A stretch of 61,207 nt of DNA, filler included, from Basidioascus undulatus (GCA_000826855.1; 7 parts of 7 records of this genome joined end to end with filler, not necessarily neighbours in it), one strand, 5' to 3'. Positions 24,558-37,544 are shown, counted from the whole stretch's first letter. Numbers and translations are program-made. Notes: generated by a model not told the origin, from the sequence alone.

Positions 24558-26179
24558 GGAAGACGTGCATTTAGTCCCGCCGCTGCGTGGTCCACCTTAC
24601 CATCCCTGAATAAACACGTCTAGATTTAGAAAAAAATTGCGGATGGAACCAGAGTCTAGTGCCAGAAAATCCAGTCATAGCCAGAGGTTCACGAAATCTG
24701 GCAAGCGCCGCAACAAAAACGACTGTGTACTACAACACGCTCATCTCGCCATGAAACTATGCAGCCCTTATAAGAAGGCAACACTGAGTCCGCAGGGGTG
24801 CCGATGGTCTACCTTGCCCACCGGCCCTCTGCTCGGCGAGAAAAGCGTTGCCAGACGGGCTGCAGCTGGCTTCATTGCTTTCAACATGTCGACCAGAGCG
24901 GCGTGGCATTTCAGTCAGCCAGATCATTCATATAAGACGCGTAACTTCGCAGTGTCCAAATAGGATACACGATAGATTGTCAACTCATAAACGGGATGCT
25001 GCTCTTACGGCTCCCTTTTCCCACTGCCCCGCTTCTGTACCCACCTGCCTTGCGGTGGTACCATTTGAGCGTAACTGTCTAAAAAAGAAAATTATAGTCT
25101 TACCGCTACTTCAGAAGTTCTAATTCAACGCGAGAGGTGGATGGATGGCAGTTGTGTGGGAAGGAAAAGGGCCAACTTGCGAGGCGTGGATTGATATGCT
25201 GTCGCCGCTCGCCTACCGCCCAGTACCAACCGAATTCAACCGGCTCACCTGAGTTATAAAAGTAAACCCTCTTGAATTTCCCAGACTAAGACATCTAGTC
25301 GTCCCAGCATCCTTGAGGTCAATGGAGCAGTCGCCCGCATCGCTGTGAGTCTTCCGCTTGCCACTTCTTCAGAATCAGTTAAGATCGTTAGGTTTGCACG
25401 ATCTGGCGAATGGCTGACAGGGCAAAAAGTAGAAGCAGTTCATGCCCTGAATTTCCAGGGTTTGAAAATCCCGCCTCATACCCCATAACCTGGCGCGAAC
25501 CCAGGTCGTCGCTTCAAGTTTCGACAGCAAGGCGCAAGGTGTCGGTCGCCTTGCCCCTGAAACTGCGTTGTAGGGCGCGACTCGTTGTTTTCGCCAAAAA
25601 GGAAAAGAGATGAAATCTTCCTCTTCCTCCTAACAACAGGGGGTTGGGGAGGGGGAGCCAAAGAGCCGGCTTGAGAGTCGAGGTGTTCCTAGGATAAGCC
25701 GGATCCAGCTGCGATGCGTCCGGGCAGAGACTGACCACGACCCCCGAACCACCAAAGCGTTAATGTTTGGTGGTCCGTGGGACCGAGCTGACTCTGACAC
25801 CATTTCCATGTCGAGAATTAGACGCGCAGAAATACAGTTGGAACAGCGCGACGGAAATAAGGACATCAGGTACAAGTCCAAGTCCACATCCAGATGCAAA
25901 TGCAGATCCATGCGAGAGCCCCAAAATGAGAAACCAAATAACAAAGGAACGTCATAATACAATCGGCGTGTGCGTGTCAACCACCGGCCTCTCAACCCGA
26001 AAAGAAAAATCCGTACGAGCTCTCACCACCCAAAAGCTCGATTCGAAAAGCAAGATGAAGTGTTCTTCCACCTTCCTCTCCTTCCCTCTCCTCCCACCCC
26101 TGCCCCCCTTCCTTCCCGCCCTACTCCCGCAGTCCACCACTTTTGCCCCTCCTCCTTCCGCCCGCCTCGCTCCACGCCG

Positions 26180-26279
26180 NNNNNNNNNNNNNNNNNNNNN
26201 NNNNNNNNNNNNNNNNNNNNNNNTTAATTAATTAANNNNNNNNNNNNNNNNNNNNNNNNNNNNNNNNNNNNNNNNNNNN
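26180..26279. other. Artificial contig linker
   Basis: 44 N + TTAATTAATTAA + 44 N. Confidence 0.98.
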
Positions 26280-26697
26280 GTGGCCAACGGACAGGAAGGG
26301 GGGAGGTGGAAGGGGAAGGGAGGAGGGTGTGGGTGAAGGGGATGTATCTGGCGAGGTCAATGTGAGTAAGCCGGGAAAGGAAAGGGGGAAGGGGGAGGAG
26401 GAGAAGGAGACGACGCACAGCACCAGTCCCATCAGCACGACCACCCCTAGCCCAACGCGGAACGCGCGGTTTACGCGCTCGTTCGCTTCCTCGAAAGTCC
26501 TAATCACCTCCTCTTGCTCTGTCCGCCACCCCCACCCACCCAACAATCTCAAATCAGCTTACCTCTGCCTCTGCCCTCGGATGAACAACAGCAGACGAAC
26601 GGTCCTCGTCCAGCAGAGGCGGGATGGGCGACGAGCCGTCGAAGAGCGGGTCTTCGGGCGGGGGGGCAAAGGGGTTCCGTTTGCGGAGAGAGTCCAT
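26280..26697 (-). CDS. Small hypothetical fungal membrane protein, 5' part
   Basis: MDSLRKRNPFAPPPEDPLFDGSSPIPPLLDED|..EQEEVIRTFEEANERVNRAFRVGLGVVVLMGLVL (helix followed by a TM segment); runs into the gap. Confidence 0.55.
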
Positions 26698-28151
26698 TTG
26701 CGGAGGAGACAAGAGGAGGTGCTGGGGAGGAAGGGGGATATCGGATGGGGAGATGATGGGGGGTGGCAAGGAAGACGGGAGACGAGGAGCGTTTGCATGT
26801 GAAGTCTTGGGGGAGGCCGGACGCAACCCTGCTCGCCAAACTGCGGTCATAACATCGCCAGCCTCGACCTTCTCCCCCAGCACGAATCTCCACCGTGGTT
26901 CCTGAAAAGAGATGTGCCTGAGATATCCGAGTCCGTGGTGGAGAAAAACTGGCGCGTGGTTATGCACCCGCTATCGTAAAGTTGTAGGCGATGCGGGAGC
27001 AGCCCAAGCTAAGGGAAGGGAGGGAATATCAGGTTGGTGGGGTTGGTTTGTCCGCTACGTTGGATGTGAATGAGGTTTGGGAGCGTGGATAGTGCCTGGA
27101 TGTCGAGGGCAGAACCTCGTGGGTGGAAGTGGAAGCTGCGAGTTCGAGAACCGGACGAGAATTCGCGTAGACCTGCTCATTAAGTCTGTCGCCATGACTG
27201 TTGAAGCTGGCTAGCGAAAATTGCGGGTACTGTAAGGACTGCGTCGGCGAAAGAAGACGCACAGCCGCACAGCCTCGCGGCTCATAGCCACAGCGAGCTG
27301 TGTTGCATCGCCAGGTTTGGAGCGGCAGATGGGTAACAACAGCATTGAAGTAGACAAAAATGCATAGCGAGCTGTATCTGATCTACGCACTGAACGGACT
27401 CATCGGGTGGAAGCAGCGCGCTGAGAGAGCAGAGCGACAGCGTTGCCGATTGAAAGCTGAACTTCGTCAATAAGATCTACTATGAAACGCGAAAATACTT
27501 TAATCGAAGCAGTCCACTTCTTCAATAGCCGCGAAGCGCTGCCTGCACCTGCACCATAAATGATTCCGAGAGGTAGTGTCCACCGCTCTCCCTGTCAAGC
27601 TCCAACCACCAGAACCGCAAGTTCGCAACACAGGGTTACCTTCCTCACTACATACGAAAGGCTTTCCACGTGTCGATCACCCATTCTCATATCCCTCTCT
27701 GCCTCGTGCTGTGCCTTGATCGCCCCCTCGCGAGCAATTGGCACCGCCCGGCCCCTGAGCTTCCTCTTCCGTTAATTGCCTCGACAAGTGTATCGCCCGG
27801 CTCTGGTAGGGAGAAGACAAAACACTCCGACGGAGGTATCAAGTGGCTGTGGCTCCTGCACTGCGATTCGCAGACGAGCTCGATTAGCAAATGCTCGTAG
27901 CTGTTGTTCCTCCCCACGGGGCGGGGTGTGGGTAGGGTTCTGGGAGAGCGGATGCCTGCGCGAGCGGTGCCTTCTTCTGAGGGGCAGCATGTGGGGTCCA
28001 AGGTCAAGGTTGGTTGGTCGGTGCCCTGCTTCTGACCTTCGAGCCATCCCTCTTGCTTCCTTTCTTCCCTTCAGCCCTGGGCACTCTCGCGCATCGCACA
28101 TCGCATTCCCACATCTCATCCGATTGGTCTCTCGTCGCATTGAAAAACGTC

Positions 28152-29260
28152 ATGTCTCAGGGTCCGAGGAAGGCGCTGCCCCGCGGCGGCGCGTGCTTGA
28201 ACTGCCGGTGCGTCTTCTCGAATGTCCGATCGTTGGAGAACGTATGAGACAGACTTGGGCTCGAGTCGATTATCTCAGACGTCTGAAACTCAAGTGTACT
28301 GCCGAGAAGCCTTTCTGTACGTTAGTTTCTTTCTTGCGATTGCGGCATATATAGGGCTGACGGAGACGGGGATGAACAGGCAAGCACTGCGTCAAGACGG
28401 AGAAACAGTGCGTCTACGACGGACCAAGCCCGTCGATGACATGCCCAAGTGAGTATTTTATTGATGCTTTCACTCCTAATCGAGAGGCAGACCAGCTGAA
28501 CTTTGTCCCCCGAACAGTGTCGTTCTCCGACCCAAGCCTGCCGGGCACGTCCGCTGCACCCTACGACCCTTTCGGTCTCTACTCCTCCTCCTCTCCCGCA
28601 ACCAGCGCGACCCCGCTTTGCAGCTACGTGCCTCCCCCATCTTCCACCATCCCTCCGTCTACGTCCACCCTCCCCGCCCCATCCGCCATTCCCGGCACGC
28701 CCTACCCGCAGCCCACGCAGCCCCTGACCTTTTCGCCCGAGGATCTGCCTGCCCCGCTCCCGCCGACCGCGGGCGACTGGTGTACCCTCCCACCTCCCGC
28801 GTCCACCTCTTCCCGCTCAAGTTCTGAGGCGAGCTACGCCACCTGGCCCGGCTCCGCGCCGCACAGCACCTTCGGGTGGGCGACCACCGCGCCGACGTCG
28901 TACGGCCCCACGCCGGAGTCGGACGGCGCGACCGTGCCCACTGCCTTGTGGGAAAGCTCGAGCTGGTCTGCATATGAGGCCGTGCGGCAGGCTCAGGTTT
29001 CGGCACCGGCGCAGACACCTCTCCTCCAGCAGGACTACGAGTTCGCGCCGCCTGGGGCGGATGAGTTGGCGGTGGGTCAGGCGCAGCAGGCTGAGTGGCT
29101 GGGGACCTTTCCTACACTGCCGCCAGACGACGGGAGCATTCGAATGAAGGAGTTCGAACAGGGAGCGTCCGCTGCTCCGTCTCTTCCAGATGATCAGCAG
29201 TACGAGTGGCAGGCATTGATCGAACAGTTCCGGGAGGCGCACGGCTGGTACCGCGAATAG
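28152..29260 (+). CDS. Zn(II)2Cys6 binuclear-cluster transcription factor
   Basis: Spliced MSQGPRKALPRGGACLNCR|RLKLKCTAEKPFC|KHCVKTEKQCVYD gives C-x2-C-x6-C-x6-C-x2-C-x6-C, then a Pro/Ser/Thr-rich region and an acidic-aromatic C-terminus. Confidence 0.9.
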
Positions 29261-29524
29261 CGCTCCTCACCTTCCTTTCCTTCTGTTGTGGAGTCAGGGT
29301 ATTATTTCCGAGCTTTCGTGGTTTTTTCTTCTTCCATCATCATACCCGCCCCGACTCTGCCATACCCTCTGGTTTGTTCGCATCGTGCAGCGCGCATCAT
29401 CCACCGCACAGCATTGACCGTTTGCACTGTACATTTTGTAGTCTTACCGCACTAGCATGCAGCATATACTCATCATACTTTCGTGACAAATTCTGTACGC
29501 TGCGCCTTTGTGAGAGATCTTCTC

Positions 29525-30866
29525 ATGAGCACTTCCCTTTTACACGACAACGCTGCAAAGTTGCCTGGAGGACGAGACCTTTTTATCCCATCTGCCCTGC
29601 GCACTCGAGCTTCAGGGTCTGTGCGTTGATAATTTTTGTTTACCGACATTTCCAAGATATTAAGGCCTTCTCTCTCGTATCTCGCTCAGCACGCGCCACT
29701 GCGTCCCCATGCCTGTTCTGTGACATCGAGCTGTACTGGTCGGCGCGCATCAAGGACCTGCTGGACCACGGCGAAGCATTCTTGCAGCACATTCGGTGTG
29801 TGTGTTTTGGGTCTAGTTGATCCGTATAGCTTGCGTTCAACTGACAGGCTTGCGTTGTCGCAGCGTCTTGCGTATGCACGAGCTCATCCCCGACCTGGCG
29901 GGCGCTGCCGCTGCTGGAGCGGATGTCCGGCACGCTGCAAGAGCTCCATCTGCAGAAACAGTACGTATTCGGAACTGGAGAGGCCGATATCGGCATAGCA
30001 GCGACCGTATTTCCATCCCGTCTGAGCTCATCTTTCCGTCGCTGCACTCGTGCTCCCTATCCGGCACGCTGCACTTCACTTTGGCGCTCCTTGCACACGC
30101 CCTGGCCCTGCGGCGCTTGGTGCTCGATCAGTGCATGCTCGACCCTCTAACGGCTGAGGTGATCGAGGCAGATGTCCTTCTCTCCCTGCATCCAGATGTC
30201 AGGGAGTCCCTTCGCATCCTCGAGTTTGTCGACTTCAATTCTCGGGCGACGGGGAACCTGGAGGAGCACTTGGGGATCATCGCTCGGGCACAGCTTCCCG
30301 CACTGGAGTTCTTATTTTTCTCCCCGGAATGGACCGGCCGAAACCCACAGAGAACTGCTGTTCTATACTGGAAAACGGCCCCGAAGCTGACGAGAAGCTG
30401 ACCTGTCCTGATTCTGCCTTTAGACAAGCGCTGACACACTCGCCCAGCTGCTCGCGCCCCTTCCTCGCCTCTGCGGTATCGCGCTGCCGTACCATCTCGA
30501 CGGGGCCAACCTCTCCTGGAGCTATTACGAGATCGGCGGACAGGTGTGCGACGACGGACCGCAGCGGCGCGAGTTCGAGCGCTGGGAGGCGCGCTCGAAG
30601 GTCCACGTGATGCGTTGGCACTTGCCCAAAAAGCGCGGGAGGCGCTGCAGTTTGTCAGCTGGATTAACTACCTCGGTGAGTACGGTCAGGGACAGCGTAC
30701 TTGGGAGGTCGTACGCGCTGCGGAGGGTCGTGGAGGGGGTGTGAGCGTGAGACTGAAGAGAGATAATGTCAGGAGCCCAACGGTCAGCGGGTATGACAGC
30801 AAGGTTTCTGCGACGGCTAAGATCCATCTTCATCTACATCATTCAAAGCAAACGGGCTGTGCATGA
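29525..30866 (+). CDS. Divergent F-box/LRR-like protein, possibly degenerate
   Basis: LIIFVYRHFQDIKAFSLVSRSARATASPCLFCDIEL (F-box-like) followed by Leu-rich LQELHL, FPSLHSCSL, LRRLVLDQC, LPALEFLFF. Frames and boundaries uncertain. Confidence 0.45.
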
Positions 30867-32555
30867 TGACTGCTTGTTGAGGCGCGGCAAGCTCTTCAGA
30901 CAAATGGACAACCACCAGTCTATGATATGGCTGGTTGCGGTAGGCAGTTGCATTGCAGCCTCAAATTCCGATGAGAGCTCGTGAAAACCGGAGGCCAGTG
31001 GACGGCATGTGCTCCTTGCACTTTCTGAAAGTCTGACATTGCAGTTCTTTTGCACCATTCATCATGAACGGTTGGCTATGCTGGCCTCAGACCAAAATGC
31101 ACCCTCAATGAGTGGTACAGTCCAATACACCGGTCGATGCTGTCTGCTGTCCAGAGCAGGTTGTTCCCTCACCCACAACGATCCACAGTGGCTCTTCCAG
31201 CCCTGTAACAGGCATTCCAGGACCCTGTGGTAGAGCCCTCATTGTCCCCAAAGCATCGTTACATTCTGGATAACACAGCCTGGCCTGTCATTGCGAGTGG
31301 AGAGACCGGGAACATGGCCAGCGAGCATGCCTAATGACCGTATTCAACCGCATTCAAGGGCGAGCAACCACAAAACCTTGCACCAACTTCAATGTTGGAA
31401 CTTTAACGCTGCTCTACTACTGATTGAACAGAAAGCCAAACCAGGAGTAAGCAATTCGCAATGCTAAGGCGGGGAATCAGAGACTCTAAATGCCTCTCCT
31501 CTTCATTATTCACGCCACTGCACAACTCTCGAACCCCGAGTACCTTTTCTTCTTCTGCTGGGGTTCTATATGTCACAATCTACGATGAGTCACCCCGCCC
31601 TCCAGGTCCCGTCTCGCTCTTTTCCCGGATGCACCCTCACCCACAGGTGCGTTTGCAAGAGCCTCTTGAGGAGACGATGGTGCGCAACGAACCAAAGTAA
31701 GTCAGTACTTCGTTCTGCTGAAACCCGTCAAGGCTCGTCATGCGATTGTGGAGTTACGAGGAAGCAGGGCGCTCTCTTCTGTGCTTCCATGGAGGTTGAG
31801 ATGCTAAGGTATATTGCATTGAGAGGTAGATAAACGGGTAGTTTGATACACGCATCGGCGGTGAGACGGACGTGATTGATTTTCAGCGTTGGGGGGCACT
31901 GGAAGCGCTCGATATGGTGCCCCCAGTAAACGCTCCGTGGTTTATCCTGCCCTGCTTAATGAAGACTTCGACAGCACGATCTCTTTTGTCCGAAGTACAA
32001 TGCGCTCACACTGCACCGGTCTGATTTCGGGCAAAACTGTCCACAGCGGGACGCCCGGATAGGAACGGGAAGTAGTTCTGATTTGCCCACAAATTCGAAG
32101 GATGCGTACTATAGACTGGTCTCAAATTGAGGGGATGGTCGCGAGGCAATTTTGATGTTGTTGCTTTTCATGCACAACGGCCTGCAAAGACGCAGGCTAA
32201 TGGTGCAACGCACCTTTTTCTTCAGTCCCATCTGAGCTATCTCTTGTCCTGACCCCATTATTCACACTACATTCACTATATTGATCTATATTGCTTATAG
32301 GGCTTGGCAGAAGCGATAGACGGGACTCGTGGGAGGGAGAGGCATTGTTGGGCCCGGGAGGGAATGTACAGCAAGGTATGGAAGGGAAGATAGCGCTGTC
32401 TGTTTCTGTTTGAAAAAGAGTGGAAGTAGATGCAACCGAGCATATATGTTGCATTTTTTGTATGAAGAAACACTCCCGATGTGTTGGACTGAATAGTTGC
32501 GCGAAGCCTGCTAAGTCTTATAGTCTTATATATGGCACAAACAGGAGAATACAGA

Positions 32556-32637
32556 TCCTCAATGGGGTAACGGCTAACCCATGTCGCTTTCATCTGAAGG
32601 CGCCGACAAGCCCCGGGTTCGACTCCCGGTTGGGGAA
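32556..32637 (+). tRNA. tRNA-Glu (anticodon TTC) with 10-nt intron at 37/38
   Basis: Acceptor TCCTCAA/TTGGGGA, D-stem GGGT/ACCC, anticodon stem TGTCG/CGACA with TTC at 32589-32591, intron TCTGAAGGCG at 32593-32602, T-arm CCGGG-TTCGACT-CCCGG; 72 nt after splicing. Confidence 0.95.
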
Positions 32638-32639
32638 CA

Positions 32640-32645
32640 TTTTTT
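32640..32645 (+). terminator. RNA polymerase III terminator (T6) of tRNA-Glu
   Basis: TTTTTT starts 3 nt after the tRNA; a TATA-like TTATATAT lies ~30 nt upstream of the tRNA. Confidence 0.75.
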
Positions 32646-33275
32646 ATTGCACTGTACAACGTATTCTTACTTTTTGAACGAGAACTATCTTTCTTTTTTT
32701 TTGGTTTGTTCAAGTGTTGTTGAATGTGCGGCTGAGCAAATGGTGCGAGCCCCGGGCTTGTGGAAGGCGTACTGGCAGCTCGGTTGGTGTCGCCTACTTT
32801 TCTTAGCAGCACCAGACAATGTTGGGAGGATTGCAAGTGTTACTCATGTGGACCGCTTGAAAGTCGTAAGAGCAGGAAATCAGTACTGCAGCTGCATACA
32901 GGCCAGGTGCAATTAGTCGCCGGAAGCCTTACCAGCGTGTCCGGGAAGACAAAGCAGACAGAGCCGCTGTGACATCTCCAGTTTTCCCTGAGCCGGGAAG
33001 TCAATATATGGTAAATAGTGTGGAGCATCCACACTGCACGGCTTGAACAGCTCGTTGCAGCGGAGACTGCAAGGGGACGGATCGTCCATGGACGCTGGCC
33101 GGAACGGGGGCGCGTCTTCTTGAGAAAGTCGCGTTGACCTCACTGCTGGACCTTGACCATCTCGCTTTCCCTCTACCTCACTCACTATCACCTTCAGAGC
33201 ACACAGTGGTCTGAGCCGTCAGACGCGTCCTTCCCTGCTAGTCCCGCGCGTCATCCTTTCTCGCTTGCTCTCGCC

Positions 33276-34911
33276 ATGGCCATGGAGCCGAAGGATTTCG
33301 AGGTGACGAGCCCGCCGCCGGACTCGATCAGCTGCATGGCCTTCTCGCCGCAGGCAGACATTCTCGCCGTCGGCTCATGGGACAACAACGTGCGTGGAGG
33401 CCTCCGACGAATCCGTCTCGCTACGCTTTCCTCATCCGAGCCCGCTCCACCCCCAGGTCCGCATCTACGAGGTCCAGCCGACTGGGCAGACGATCCCCAA
33501 GTTCATGTACAGCCATCAGCAGCCTGTGCTGAGTCTGTGCTGGACGAAGGTGCGTAGCCAACTCTTATTTGGGGCAAGGCGGAGAAGGATACTCAGATTC
33601 ATGGGGATGGTACGCAGGACGGGACCAAGCTCATCTCCGGCGGCGCAGACAACGCCGCGCGCATGTTCGACATCACGAACCCGCAGAACGGGCAGTCGAC
33701 GCAGGTCGCGGCGCACGACAAGCCGATCAAGTGCGTAAAGTGGGTCGAGACCCCCAACGGCGGGATCCTCGTCACCGGCTCCTGGGACAAGACGATTAAG
33801 GTGCGGGTCCCGTTTCCTCGAGAGGGGGAGAGCAGGGCAGGCTCTCATGCTGAAGTGGGATTGGGGTTTGGCGAACAGTACTGGATGCTCGGGAACTCGT
33901 CGCCTGTCGCGCAAGTGCAGCTCCAGCAGCCCGTGTACACCATGGACCTCGTCTTCCCCCTCCTCGTCGCTGCGACTGCCGACCGGCGGATCATCATCAT
34001 TGACCTCAACCAGCCGGACAAGTTCAAGGCACGTCCCGCCATCTACTTGCGAGAGGGTGTCTGTAGGTGTGGCTTACACTTTGGCTTGGGATGGGTACAG
34101 GAAGTGGAGAGCCCCCTCAAGTGGCAGACGCGCGTCGTCGCGTGCTTCCCGGCGGCGGATGGGTACGCGGTGGGCAGCATCGAGGGGCGTGTGGCTATCC
34201 AGTGAGTATACTGCTCACCTCTCTTCACTTTAGGGACTACGCTTACCCGCGTTCTTCCACCCTCGCAGATATGTCGACCCGAAGACGGCGAGCAGGCATG
34301 TCGTCTTCGCACTGATCCCGAGGCATGGCGCTGACAAACGGACTTCTCGCTCGCAGCGGTAACTTCTCGTACAAGTGCCATCGCTCAAAAGACGGGAAAG
34401 AAATATTTGCCGTGAACGACATCACCTTCCATCCCATCCACGGAACGTTCTCCACCTGCGGTGTGTCTTCCCTCTGCTCCTCTGCTCTGCTCTCCTCTCC
34501 TTGTCCCCTAGCCTCTTACTTCTTCCTCCTTATCATTCCCCTTTCAGGCGCCGACGGCACGATCAGTTTCTGGGACAAAGACTCCAAGACGCGCCTAAAG
34601 AGTTCGTCTTCCCTGTCTCCCTTCCTCCCTCCGTCTTCCCCTGCGCATTCTCACCTTCCCCTCCTCCTCCCCTTACTTTTTCCCTCTCCCCCTCTTCCTC
34701 CCTCCTCCCCATCCACCCATCCGCAGACATGGAGCCCAACGCCGGCCCGGTAGCGTGCACAGCCTTCAACCGGAACGGGGCGATCTTTGCGTACGCGCTC
34801 TCGTACGACTGGAGCAAGGGCTACTCCAAGCACAGCCCGCAAGCCGTCAACAAGATCTTCCTCCACGCGACGACGGACGAGGAGGTCAAGCGCCGGCCGC
34901 CCAGGAAGTGA
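33276..34911 (+). CDS. RAE1: mRNA export factor Rae1/Gle2 (WD40)
   Basis: [99 protein letters not shown]; 8 introns. Confidence 0.97.
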
Positions 34912-34923
34912 GATGGGGGGGGG

Positions 34924-35023
34924 NNNNNNNNNNNNNNNNNNNNNNNNNNNNNNNNNNNNNNNNNNNNTTAATTAATTAANNNNNNNNNNNNNNNNNNNNN
35001 NNNNNNNNNNNNNNNNNNNNNNN
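34924..35023. other. Artificial contig linker
   Basis: 44 N + TTAATTAATTAA + 44 N. Confidence 0.98.
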
Positions 35024-35229
35024 ACTTCCCCATCGAGCCCCTGGACGTCGCGGAGGGCACAGAGTCGTCTGAGGAGGAGGAGAAGGAGAAGGGGGAGGGA
35101 TCGGGTCAGGAGAGGGAGAGCGAGAAAGTTGAGGAGGAGGAGGGCGAGGGCGAGGGCGAGGGGGGAAAGGAGAAGGGGGCGGCGGTGGGGGAGGTGAAGT
35201 TGTTCCAGAGGAAGATATTGAAGCTCTAG
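35024..35229 (+). CDS. Glu/Gly/Lys-rich C-terminal fragment of an unidentified protein
   Basis: FPIEPLDVAEGTESSEEEEKEKGEGSGQERESEKVEEEEGEGEGEGGKEKGAAVGEVKLFQRKILKL-TAG, open from the gap. Confidence 0.5.
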
Positions 35230-36578
35230 TCGAGTTCCTTCTTGACGTTACCGCTGCCTGCCATCTGGGTCTAAGCTTCACAACCGTGGAACTCGCTGCA
35301 GCTGTTTGTTGGTTTGAACCGCTCACTTATGCAGTCAGAGCAGGGTCTTCTCCGTTTCCTCGGAGTAAACAGAATGCGAGCGAGCGCCGTCGCCTCTGTC
35401 CCACTACCGAATCCTTACAGGACCTCCCCCACCGTGGTGCAGCATACGATTCACAAATTCGGTGTCTGCCAATCATCGCCGAAACCTGAGCGACCAGCCA
35501 CGTCGCGCGAGCATGGCTGCTGGTTACCGGGGTCGTTCCAGCCTGCCTGATTCAGACGTCTGACTGCGCATCCCCAGCGTCCCCTTCATGATCTATGAAC
35601 CACATATACTCTCAAGTGCAGAGTATTCACATTCACACAGCCTCTCCTGATTCTGTTTTCGGCACTGAGGATGGAACCACGCTCGTAGAGCTTTACAGCG
35701 GGGTGAGTGGTCGGTGGTCGGCGCACGATGGTATGGGGACGGTGCGCAGTTGGCGGATGGGAGGCAACAATGCAGATTGGCCTGATCCAGGGGTTTCTAG
35801 ACTGTACAGATGGCCTGCGTATGGTGGCAGTCGCGCTGATCCGCACTGAACCGCGCTGCTGCGGGCCGCATTCATTCTTCGCCGATGATAAGACTGTCGC
35901 TATGCATGACTTTTCCTCTGGCCGTCATAGCAGATTGACTTTCTTTCTCCCGACTGAGACGAGACCTAAGCTGAATGCCCCAGAAAGAAAACTGTTTGTT
36001 CAATCTGTCCAAGACACTTTTCATCGGCGTGCTGTACTGGGCGATAGCCCGCCTCCATCCGTCTGGGCTCTGCTTCTGTATGAGAACGCACCCATTGCAT
36101 ACCATCCTAACTCTCAATGGCAAAATAGGTCAGTGATGGAGTTTGGGGGACTTCTTGAGGATCCAGTGTAGGAGTGTGTACAGGACTCGGACGTTGATGG
36201 AAGCAGTGGAAAGCTTGGAGATGCTGCTCCGTAAAGGACTTCCGGCTAGGCCGGTTGTTACAATTCTCATATGTACCACACCAATATCGAATGCAACATG
36301 CTCAGCGGACCAGCTGCCGCCCCGCCCTCCCTCAGTACACCACCCTTACACCTTTGCCCCAGCCACCCCTTCCCCCACCGCCCTTTCCTCACCGCCAGGC
36401 TTCTGCACCTTCTCCCTCCTCTGTTCCACCCAAAACGCCAACGACACGGCAATTACCTGCGCCTCATGGAGACGCCTCCGCCAAAATCCCTTTCACCTCC
36501 CCAAGCCCTCACCGAAGCCCAACATGGGCTCCTCCATCCTCCCCTGATCCCTCTTCTTCTCCGCCCTCCTCGGTTCAT

Positions 36579-36627
36579 CCTCTCCCTCTCCCTCTCCCTC
36601 TCTCTCTCCCTCTCCCTCTCCCTCCCC
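36579..36627. repeat. (CTCTCC)n polypyrimidine hexamer microsatellite
   Basis: tctccctctccctctccctctctctctccctctccctctccctcccc. Confidence 0.85.
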
Positions 36628-37513
36628 TTTCCCTTGCCCCTCCCGTCTCCCTCCTTTATCTACCTATACTCACCACCGCCTTTTCCCTCGCAGTCCTTAT
36701 CGGCCTCGTCTCCCTCGTCGCAGCGATGAACGACGTTCTCCCCATAAAAGTTGCGGGGCACGACTTCGCGATAGCCGCAATGGTGCTCAGCGCGACGGGT
36801 TTGCGGAGGAAGTGCTGCTGCCACAAGAAGTCCAGTGTGGCAACTTGGGATCTGGTGTCCGGTGCAGTCGTTCAGAGCGCAAGATGCAGCGACCTAACGA
36901 TCGAAGATCACCCGAAGGATGATTGCAGGAAGAACACTTCCCCAGCCTTGAAAGATCAAAGAAGACGAAGCTGCGGCCAAGGCAGTAGTCAAAGAGGCTC
37001 GTCTCAAGCAATCTCAAGCACGAAATGTGAAGCGCTTTGTAATGTAATGAACGATTTAGGACAGCGAGAAGCACAGCGAAGTATTCGGTGGTTTGTGGAA
37101 TATCAGAAAGGCTGAAAGCCGGTCGGGATGATGATTCGAAGGTTCGTACTGGCGGTCATGAAACATCGGGCCACGAGGTTCACAGCTTACTGACGCCTGC
37201 CGTTTTGTTTGACTTCTTGTCGGATACGCATGTCGTCCACAGAATGGGTTCCTTGGTCTCACCTACAGACTGTTCTGAAGCGCACCGGTTAAGAAAGCCG
37301 ACCCCGTATCATGTGCTCGAGCGCAAGTTGGACAGGGCGGCGTTGTGCAAGCGTAGTCACAGTGCTACCGACACCGCCAAAAAGCGCACACTTTCTTGAT
37401 CCATTCCATAAGTGATAGAGATGCATTTTACTCAGCGTTCAGCCACTCAGCCTCCCGCTGCCCATGTAATCGTGAACACCCTCGCGCCGGCGCTTCGACT
37501 GGCGACTGAGTAA

Positions 37514-37544
37514 GTGCGCGCGCGCGCGCTTGTGTGTGTGTGTG
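37514..37544. repeat. (GC)n-(TG)n alternating purine-pyrimidine tract
   Basis: gtgcgcgcgcgcgcgcttgtgtgtgtgtgtg. Confidence 0.85.

Noticed and set aside
35330..37400. ORFs 35707-36171 and 36255-37115 as genes
   Set aside because: No recognisable domain; the longer ORF owes its length and Leu/Pro content to a C-rich microsatellite region.
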